NCBI GenBank assembly: GCA_044239355.1
Contig: JBIIBO010000006.1
Span: forward strand, 18,311-82,310
DNA: 64,000 nt
From: Ilumatobacteraceae bacterium
GTDB taxonomy: Bacteria; Actinomycetota; Acidimicrobiia; Acidimicrobiales; Ilumatobacteraceae
Direction: 5' to 3'
The notes beneath the pieces are model-generated. The model was not told the DNA's origin. It saw only the letters and a list, made by a program, of their open reading frames with translations, and made no database searches. A program made the position numbers and the translations under genes. Position 1 is the stretch's first letter; each line of letters begins with the position of its first letter. This document shows positions 57,189 through 64,000 of the stretch, piece by piece.

Positions 57189-57883
57189 GTTCAGAGTCTG
57201 AATCACCTTTTGGGACATTTCCCACGTTTCATCAACGAGATGGCGAACTCTCCGATTCTGACATTGCACGGGTTCGACTTGCAGATGTGATGCGCCAATT
57301 GATGCGAGAGGCATTTGTCTCAAATGCATCAGGGCCCCAGATTGATTCTGTGGCTTCTGAGATGGAGCAACAACTCGCAGTGTTGAAGAAGGCGCCAGTG
57401 ATTCAAGGTAGTGCCGCAAGCGAATCGCATTTTTCAGATCGCAGTCCTATCTATGGAGCAATGAATCCGCTGTCGATGCCCATGAAAATGGGTCTCAGTG
57501 ACGGTGGTGGTGAATTTGGTTCGGTCACAGGCGAGGCTGTATTCACCGAACTTTACGAAGGACCGCCAGGTCATTGCCACGGGGGATTTATTGCAGCGGC
57601 ATTCGATGAAGTGCTGGGCATGGCTCAATCGTTGACAGGTCGACCTGGCATGACGGGAAAACTCAGCATTTCTTACCGGGCCCCGACGCCACTGAACACG
57701 CCGATTCATTTTGTGGGATGGGTGGAAAAGGTAGAAGGGCGCAAGATCTTCACCAAAGGCACCGCACATAACGGAGACACGCTTTGTGCTGAATCAGAGG
57801 GATTGTTTTTGTCGATGCCTGTTGAGTTAATGGAACGGCTTCGTAAAGGTCGCGACCTGAAAAGTCCTACTGCGGATGAATGA
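57185..57883 (+). CDS. PaaI-family hot-dog thioesterase
   Basis: Motif HCHGGFIAAAFDEVLG. Its start overlaps the xthA stop (GTGA). Confidence 0.7.
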   Translation: MSSESESPFGTFPTFHQRDGELSDSDIARVRLADVMRQLMREAFVSNASGPQIDSVASEMEQQLAVLKKAPVIQGSAASESHFSDRSPIYGAMNPLSMPMKMGLSDGGGEFGSVTGEAVFTELYEGPPGHCHGGFIAAAFDEVLGMAQSLTGRPGMTGKLSISYRAPTPLNTPIHFVGWVEKVEGRKIFTKGTAHNGDTLCAESEGLFLSMPVELMERLRKGRDLKSPTADE

Positions 57884-59774
57884 TTGACAGGATCTCTTGT
57901 CCGTACCTATGGGCAAAGACAGGATCAGTAATTTCTTTGATTTCTGCAAGGTTGTTCGGCATTGAGCGTATGAGCGCAACCAATTGACGTTGCGACAGAA
58001 CGGTGTCGGGGTCTACGCGCATGTTGCGAGCCTTTGACTTGCGCCATGTATGCATCGCTTCTTCCACTGGATTTTTTGCAGTGACGCTTGTGCGGCGCTC
58101 GCGAAACTCGGGAGTGGGTGGAGCAAAGGTGGGTGTTGCCGTAGTTAATGAAGGCAAAAATGGCGATGGACCCGACGAACGACTTTCTCGGTGATCAGTC
58201 CATGTGACAGTAAGGCGATGAGCGGCACGAGTAAATGCGACGTAGGCCAGACGCGCTTCTTCTGCACGAGCAGATGCGCCGCGTGCACTTCGGTGGGGGA
58301 GCAAGCCTTTTTCACATGCAGCAACGATGACATGAGGCCATTCGCGACCCTTGGCCGCATGGAAGGTCAGCACCTCTACGCCGTCGGATTCAGTGACATC
58401 GGCTGATGTGGCAAGCCAGGAACCAAAAGAGCGACCATCTACTGAACCTGTTCGGTTGTCATCTAAGAACTGACGTACCAATAGTGCAACTTGGTAGTCG
58501 CTTTCTTGTTCGGTGTACTCGCCTAAATCCAGCACATCTGCTGCCCATGTTGATAATGAATCACGACCAGTGAGATCTGTAGCAATAGCAACTGCGCGCG
58601 CCCATTCACCACCACGGCGTGCAGAGCGAACAGGTAATCCTGCATCAATCAATGCGGTGCGAATCTTTTCGGCAACAACATTTGTGCGACACAACACCGC
58701 TATTGCATTGAGTGATTCTGAGGATTGTTCTATAGAGACCGTGCGCACGATGTGTTGTAGTTCTTGCACCTCGGTAGGGAAGCGACGTAGATCAACTGGT
58801 GTGCCAGAGGGTCGGCGCGATATTGCTTCGGTGGGTTGGCCTTGGCCCGTCAAGGTGTCCACTGCAAAATTCACAATCTCGGGAGTGCATCTGTAGTTGG
58901 AGGGTAGAGAGATCACTTGTGCAGGAGATCCAATACCAGGCAATTCATCGAACAATGATTTGTCGGCACCGTTAAAACCATAGATCGCTTGATTCGGGTC
59001 ACCCACAAGAAAAAGATCAGGGTTCGTACCCGACAGAACCTTTAAAAACTCGAATTGAAGAGGGTTCATGTCTTGGGCTTCATCAACGGAGAGGTGTTTG
59101 AATTGAAAGTTCACAGATTCGATGTAGCGCTGGTCGCGTCGGGCCTCGTGCACAACGAAAGTTAAAAAATCATTGAGGTCAACGACGCCACGTTTCTTCT
59201 TTGTCTTTTCGTAGGCCTCGAATACTTCAATAAATCGAGTTGGTCCTAAAGGGATTGTTAAACCGGCGTGAGTCATTTTTTCCACTGCCTGCTGTGGTGA
59301 ACACATATGTCCATGGGCCCAATCGATGGCGCCAAGAATGTCTTGAAGCCCACCTTTTCGCGCATCAGATCCCATGCTGACTGAGAGAACTGAAGTGCGA
59401 TTGTTGATAATGGCCGGCGCAGTTTTTCCTTTGTCTTGGTAGTACTGCATCATGAGGCGTCGTGCTACTGCGTGAAAGGTGCCGATTGTGGGTCGTCCAT
59501 CGAGATCAAATTGAGAAAGTCGTGCTCGCATCTCGGTGGCGGCTTGGCGAGTAAAGGTAATTGCGAGAGTGCGATTGATGTCGGCAGTTTCAGATAAAGC
59601 GCGCCACGCGATACGGCGAGTAAGAACTGTTGTTTTTCCAGAACCTGCACCGGCACGCACAACGATGATTCCAGTTGGCGCAGTGACCGCGGATCGTTGA
59701 TCTGCATCAAGACCTACAAGTACAGATTCCGGGCTCAGGGCCTGAAATGAGGTACTCGGGTCGTTGAATCGCAC
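57867..59774 (-). CDS. UvrD/PcrA-family ATP-dependent DNA helicase with a C-terminal HRDC domain (UvrD2-like)
   Basis: Walker A GAGSGKTT, motifs VDEAQD and TFHAAKGREW. The C-terminus WRKSKARNMRVDPDTVLSQRQLVALIRSMPNNLAEIKEI...YGQEILSII is HRDC-like. Confidence 0.85.
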   Translation of the reverse strand: MRFNDPSTSFQALSPESVLVGLDADQRSAVTAPTGIIVVRAGAGSGKTTVLTRRIAWRALSETADINRTLAITFTRQAATEMRARLSQFDLDGRPTIGTFHAVARRLMMQYYQDKGKTAPAIINNRTSVLSVSMGSDARKGGLQDILGAIDWAHGHMCSPQQAVEKMTHAGLTIPLGPTRFIEVFEAYEKTKKKRGVVDLNDFLTFVVHEARRDQRYIESVNFQFKHLSVDEAQDMNPLQFEFLKVLSGTNPDLFLVGDPNQAIYGFNGADKSLFDELPGIGSPAQVISLPSNYRCTPEIVNFAVDTLTGQGQPTEAISRRPSGTPVDLRRFPTEVQELQHIVRTVSIEQSSESLNAIAVLCRTNVVAEKIRTALIDAGLPVRSARRGGEWARAVAIATDLTGRDSLSTWAADVLDLGEYTEQESDYQVALLVRQFLDDNRTGSVDGRSFGSWLATSADVTESDGVEVLTFHAAKGREWPHVIVAACEKGLLPHRSARGASARAEEARLAYVAFTRAAHRLTVTWTDHRESRSSGPSPFLPSLTTATPTFAPPTPEFRERRTSVTAKNPVEEAMHTWRKSKARNMRVDPDTVLSQRQLVALIRSMPNNLAEIKEITDPVFAHRYGQEILSIIHPQ

Positions 59775-59807
59775 CCCTTGAAACTAGGCGGTTGCTACCC
59801 TTTTGAC

Positions 59808-60419
59808 ATGCCCTTTTCCCCCCGGCACCTCAATGACGGTGAAACCCTTGTTTTAGACCTCCATCCTCATTGGTGGTTTTTTGGGCCCGAGTCCATTTCC
59901 TTGTTGACGTCAATGTTTGTCACTGTCTATGTGCGTTCAAAGGTGTCGGGCTGGTTAGAGACTGCGGTGACCTATGTCGGTCTTGCTGCAATCATCGTGT
60001 CGGTGTCGTGGCTGTGTGTCGCACTTATTAAGTGGCGTACCACGTATTTTGTCGTGACATCCCATCGTTTGATTTATCGTCAAGGTGTAGTGGCGCGCAA
60101 TGGTGTGGAGATTCCACTTGAGCGTGTGAACAATGTGAACTTTGCACAGACTGTTTTCGAACGTCTTCTCCAGGTGGGAGATTTGTTGGTGGAATCTGGC
60201 GGCCAAGAGGGGCAACAAGTCTTCTCCGATATCGCACGACCTGAAGAGGTGCAAAACATTATCCATTCCACAATTCAGCGCGAGAAGCATCAGCGTGTGG
60301 ATGGTGCGCCTTCATTGGCAGGAATTGCCCATGAACTGGAGCGACTTGAGGGTCTGCGTGATCGGGGAGTGTTGACTGATGAGGAATTTGAGGAGCAAAA
60401 GCGCCGCCTTATCGATTAA
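59808..60419 (+). CDS. membrane bPH (YdbS-like) domain protein with a C-terminal SHOCT domain
   Basis: Two TM segments, then a PH-like region (YFVVTSHRLIYRQG...V...ESGG), then LERLEGLRDRGVLTDEEFEEQKRRL (SHOCT). Trimmed to ATG 59808. Confidence 0.65.
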   Translation: MPFSPRHLNDGETLVLDLHPHWWFFGPESISLLTSMFVTVYVRSKVSGWLETAVTYVGLAAIIVSVSWLCVALIKWRTTYFVVTSHRLIYRQGVVARNGVEIPLERVNNVNFAQTVFERLLQVGDLLVESGGQEGQQVFSDIARPEEVQNIIHSTIQREKHQRVDGAPSLAGIAHELERLEGLRDRGVLTDEEFEEQKRRLID

Positions 60420-60468
60420 GGCTTCTCTCGCTTTCATCTCACAGCTGTGAACCTGTGAGAATGGGCAT

Positions 60469-61353
60469 ATGGCACAGCTAACCCTTCCTTCGGGAGTCTT
60501 CTTGGAATACGAATCGATGGGGAATCCTTCGAATCCCACATTGTTGTGGATTATGGGATTTGGCGCCCAGATGACTGCATGGCCCGATGAATTTCTGCAG
60601 ATGTATGTGGACGCGGGATTTCATGTAGTGCGTTTTGATAACCGTGATTGCGGATTGTCGTTTAAGCATGACGGTGTCATGGTTGATGTGGGAGCAGTCA
60701 CAGCCGCTGCACTAATGGGCGACCCTCCACCTCCAGTTCCTTACACATTGTCCGACATGGCTGCAGATGCGGTAGGTGTACTCGATGATCTAGGTATCGA
60801 CAAAGCACACATTGTGGGCGCATCAATGGGCGGCATGATTGCCCAAACACTCGCGATTGAATTTCCTCACCGAGTGCACAGTTTGACAAGCATCATGTCT
60901 GTTCCAGGTGACCTCGCCTATGGAACTCCAACACCAGAGGCACTAGATACTCTTGTGGCTCCTCCGCCAAGTGATCGCGCTGCGTATGTAGAAGGTGCAA
61001 AAAACTGGGCAGTGTGGTGCTCAAAGAAGTATTTCGATCTCGATGAAGCACGTGCTCGTGCCGGCCGCGAATTTGACCGTAGTTTCTATCCAGAAGGTAC
61101 GCATCGACAAATGGCAGCGATCTACGCCTCGGGTGATCGCAGTGAAAAACTTCAAGCACTGTCGGTACCCACGCTTGTGATTCACGGTCGCGACGACACA
61201 TTGTTGACACCATCAGGTGGCGAGCGCACTGCTGAACTTATTCCTGGATCAGTACTCATGATGATTGCCGATATGGGTCACGATTTGCCACGCCCTTTGT
61301 GGCCAGTGTTTGTTGACTCAATGTCATCGCATGCACGCAGAGTTCATTCGTAA
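60469..61353 (+). CDS. alpha/beta hydrolase
   Basis: Nucleophile elbow VGASMGG and a C-terminal ADMGHDLP His region. Confidence 0.8.
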   Translation: MAQLTLPSGVFLEYESMGNPSNPTLLWIMGFGAQMTAWPDEFLQMYVDAGFHVVRFDNRDCGLSFKHDGVMVDVGAVTAAALMGDPPPPVPYTLSDMAADAVGVLDDLGIDKAHIVGASMGGMIAQTLAIEFPHRVHSLTSIMSVPGDLAYGTPTPEALDTLVAPPPSDRAAYVEGAKNWAVWCSKKYFDLDEARARAGREFDRSFYPEGTHRQMAAIYASGDRSEKLQALSVPTLVIHGRDDTLLTPSGGERTAELIPGSVLMMIADMGHDLPRPLWPVFVDSMSSHARRVHS

Positions 61354-61401
61354 CTATTTCGTGTACATCCAAGTTCAACCATTTACACAAGGAGATAAGC
61401 C

Positions 61402-62556
61402 ATGGCTGGTCCACTGAGCGGTTACAAGGTCATAGAAATTGCAGGTATCGGACCTGGCCCATTTGCCGCGATGATGCTGGCTGACATGGGTGCAGAGGTC
61501 ATTCGTGTTGATCGTGCTCAAGCTGTGCGTGGCCCAGCGGGCGACAAGCCTGCAGGAGATCTGATGCTTCGCGGTCGTCGCAATATTGCTCTTGATCTAA
61601 AAAACCCCGACGGCGTGGAAGCACTCTTGCAATTAGTGGAAAAAGCAGATGGCCTGATTGAAGGTTTTCGCCCTGGCGTGATGGAGCGCTTAGGTGTGGG
61701 ACCAGATGTGTGTTTGGCGCGTAATCCCAAATTGGTGTTTGGACGTATGACGGGCTGGGGTCAAGAAGGCATGTATGCCCAAGCTGCAGGCCACGACATT
61801 AACTACATCTCGCTAGCAGGCTCTTTGGCGCATTTTGCCCGTAAGGATGAAATGCCACTTCCTCCACTCAACATGGTGGGCGATTTTGGTGGCGGCGGAA
61901 TGTTTCTGGCATACGGAGTTGTCTGTGGGTTGCTCGAAGCACAAAAGAGTGGCACTGGACAAGTTGTTGACACTGCGATGGTGGATGGTGCCGCAACTTT
62001 GATGTCGATGTTTTGGTCCTTTAAGTCAATGGGAATCTTCGATGAGAACGCTCCCGGAACAAATCTTTTGGACACAGGTGCACATTTTTATGATGTGTTT
62101 GAGTGCAGCGATGGCAAGTATGTCTCGCTGGGCTCTATTGAGCCACAGTTCTATGCAGAGTTACTGAAACTGACTGGCCTAGAAGGTGATGCAGAGTTTG
62201 CGCGACAAATGGATCAATCAATGTGGCCACATCTCAAAGAACGACTGCGCGAAGTGATGAAAAAGAAATCACGCGATGAGTGGTGCGCCATCATGGAAGC
62301 AACCGATGTCTGTTTTGCCCCGGTGTTAACCATGAGCGAGGCGGCAGCGCATCCCCATAACGTAGAGCGCAAGACGTTCATCAATATCAACGGCCACACA
62401 CAACCAGCACCTGCACCGCGTTTTTCGCGCACTGTACCCACAGTGGAACGACCATCTGCTCACCCCGGTCAACACAGCGCAGACATTCTGCGTGACTGGG
62501 GCATTGCAGGCGCAGATGCACTGTTGTCATCTGGTGCTGTGAAGCAGGCACAGTAA
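61402..62556 (+). CDS. type III CoA-transferase family, alpha-methylacyl-CoA racemase-like
   Basis: GGAGA SD upstream. Sequence GPLSGYKVIEIAGIGPGPFAAMMLADMGAEVIRVDR...GHDINYISLAG closely resembles Mcr/Amacr. Confidence 0.8.
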   Translation: MAGPLSGYKVIEIAGIGPGPFAAMMLADMGAEVIRVDRAQAVRGPAGDKPAGDLMLRGRRNIALDLKNPDGVEALLQLVEKADGLIEGFRPGVMERLGVGPDVCLARNPKLVFGRMTGWGQEGMYAQAAGHDINYISLAGSLAHFARKDEMPLPPLNMVGDFGGGGMFLAYGVVCGLLEAQKSGTGQVVDTAMVDGAATLMSMFWSFKSMGIFDENAPGTNLLDTGAHFYDVFECSDGKYVSLGSIEPQFYAELLKLTGLEGDAEFARQMDQSMWPHLKERLREVMKKKSRDEWCAIMEATDVCFAPVLTMSEAAAHPHNVERKTFININGHTQPAPAPRFSRTVPTVERPSAHPGQHSADILRDWGIAGADALLSSGAVKQAQ

Positions 62557-63354
62557 GTGGGAACACTCGTCTGTTTTCATGCTCATCCCGACGATGAATG
62601 CATTGGAACTGGTGGAACCATTGCGCGTGCCGCTCAAGAAGGTCATCGCGTAGTACTTGTTGTAGCCACCAATGGTGACCATGGTGAAACACCCGACGGC
62701 GTCGCAGAAGGTGTCACGCTTATGGATATTCGTCGCGAAGAAACAATGAAGTCAGCTGCAACCTTGGGAATTCAACGTGTGGTGTGGCTGGGTTATGAAG
62801 ACAGTGGAATGACAGGTTGGGAACAAAATAAGAACCAAGGCGCATTCTGTAACGCAGATATCAACTCAGCAGCATCAGCCTTGGCGCAAGTTCTTCGCGA
62901 AGAAAAAGCTGATGTGCTGACCGCATACGACTGGCACGGTGGATATGGTCATCCCGATCACATCATGGTGCACAAAGTAGGACATGCTGCTACTGCATTG
63001 GTGCCCGAGGTGCGATTGTTAGAAGGAACAATGAATCGCGATCTCATTCGGCGCAGCATTCAAATGGCGCGCGACGCAGGGTTTTTGAAAGAAGAAGAAG
63101 GCTTTAATCCCGATGGACCAGCCGATGATGGCAACCCATTTGGCACCCCAGAGGCAGAAATTAATCTGCGTGTTGATGTCACGGAATTTTCTGCTCGCAA
63201 ACGAGATGCCATGCGTTGTCATGCAAGCCAATTGCAAGAGAACAGTTTTTTCCTTGCGATGGATGACGGCGCGTTTGCCCTGATGTTTGGCGTGGAGTGG
63301 TTTATCGAGCCAGGAAGCTCTGAGCCATTGCGAGATGGTTGGATTTTTTCATGA
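62557..63354 (+). CDS. PIG-L/LmbE family deacetylase
   Basis: Motifs CFHAHPDDE and GYGHPDH. The GTG start directly follows the upstream TAA. Confidence 0.8.
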   Translation: MGTLVCFHAHPDDECIGTGGTIARAAQEGHRVVLVVATNGDHGETPDGVAEGVTLMDIRREETMKSAATLGIQRVVWLGYEDSGMTGWEQNKNQGAFCNADINSAASALAQVLREEKADVLTAYDWHGGYGHPDHIMVHKVGHAATALVPEVRLLEGTMNRDLIRRSIQMARDAGFLKEEEGFNPDGPADDGNPFGTPEAEINLRVDVTEFSARKRDAMRCHASQLQENSFFLAMDDGAFALMFGVEWFIEPGSSEPLRDGWIFS

Positions 63355-63914
63355 GTCGTATTTATATGGTGCGCCATGGGCGTGCGGCCGCTGGCTGGAA
63401 TGTGGACCCAGATCCCGGTCTTGATGAACTAGGGCGATCACAAGCACTTCAAGTAGCAACACGTTTATCTTCGTTGGGTCCATTGCCTGTGGTGTCAAGT
63501 CCACTGTTGCGTTGTCAACAAACTGCTTTCCCGTTAGCTACAGCATGGAAACAAGAAGTCCGCATTGAATCTTTGGTGGGGGAGATTCCTTCGCCAGAGG
63601 GATATGAATTAGAAAACCGTGTTGAGTGGCTGCGTGAAGCAATGTCGGGAACATGGGAACAAGTTGCGGTGTCATCTGGTGCGCACTATCGCACCTATCG
63701 CAATGATGTTGCCCACTTCGTGCAATCGATTCGTGTCGATACGGTGATCTTTAGCCATTTCATCGCGATTAATGCTGTGATAGGTGCAGCAACCCAAGAT
63801 GATCGAGTTGTGATTGGGCATCTCGATAATTGTTCGGTGTCTGTTTTTGACACGAGTGACCAAGGTCTATCTCTTGTAGAGATGGGTGGCGAAGCAGACA
63901 CACTCATCCGTTAG
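63351..63914 (+). CDS. histidine phosphatase family protein
   Basis: RHG motif (IYMVRHGRAAAGW) and a later SHF His region. The start overlaps the upstream stop (ATGA). Confidence 0.75.
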   Translation: MSRIYMVRHGRAAAGWNVDPDPGLDELGRSQALQVATRLSSLGPLPVVSSPLLRCQQTAFPLATAWKQEVRIESLVGEIPSPEGYELENRVEWLREAMSGTWEQVAVSSGAHYRTYRNDVAHFVQSIRVDTVIFSHFIAINAVIGAATQDDRVVIGHLDNCSVSVFDTSDQGLSLVEMGGEADTLIR

Positions 63915-64000
63915 TCGTCTTTGGCTGCGAGAGACTAGATTCGTAGTGTGATTTCCTCTGCGGTACTTGATACGTCGTCCACTTTGTATGACTCCCATTT

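Noticed and set aside
63935-64000. Possible 3' end of a minus-strand gene entering from the right edge (frame ...KWESYKVDDVSSTAEEITLRI*).
   Set aside because: Only about 22 codons are visible and another frame is also open, so it cannot be supported.
1-64000. Checked for CRISPR arrays, tRNA/rRNA/tmRNA genes, IS elements, integrases, reverse transcriptases, toxin-antitoxin pairs and known defence-system gene sets.
   Set aside because: No intergenic space exceeds about 150 bp. Apart from the 31-bp pair I noticed no repeated spacer-repeat structure. No ORF carries transposase, integrase or RT motifs. A by-eye scan cannot exclude short dispersed repeats.

Overview
This is a densely coding window (about 62 CDS, very short or overlapping intergenic spacers, no intergenic gap above about 150 bp) from a compact, roughly 50-53% GC actinobacterial genome. 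The phylum call rests on hallmark genes: mycothiol S-conjugate amidase (Mca), NucS/EndoMS, a fused E1/E2-type 2-oxoglutarate enzyme (Kgd/OdhA type), an LCP protein, LLM-type (F420-class) oxidoreductases, WS/DGAT and actinobacterial-type DapD. A finer taxonomic call (possibly a streamlined aquatic lineage) is only a guess. The content is mostly housekeeping and lipid/acyl-CoA metabolism: acyl-CoA carboxylase alpha, BirA, LysS, DapD, EttA, Kgd, XthA, NudC, AlkB, CysQ, thiolase, ACAD, P450, SDRs, MaoC hydratase, CoA-transferases and a metal ABC importer. I found no rRNA, tRNA, CRISPR array, transposase, integrase, reverse transcriptase or recognisable multi-gene defence system. The clearest anomaly is a 1.73-kb low-GC segment (7243..8975) carrying one orphan secreted-protein gene. 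It sits exactly at the stop-to-stop junction of two convergent housekeeping genes and is bracketed by a perfect 31-bp direct repeat that duplicates that junction. Secondary curiosities are unusual domain architectures: an amidotransferase/S51-like N-terminus fused to a CysRS anticodon-domain-like C-terminus, and an NYN nuclease with an S1 domain and a Lys/Ala-rich tail. There is also a small SD-preceded ORF missed by the track, plus several degenerate catalytic motifs. The ORF track shows GTG/TTG starts as M and reports longest ORFs, so I trimmed many N-termini using neighbouring genes, SD sequences and family-typical N-termini. All function calls come from motif and pattern recognition by eye, not from searches.
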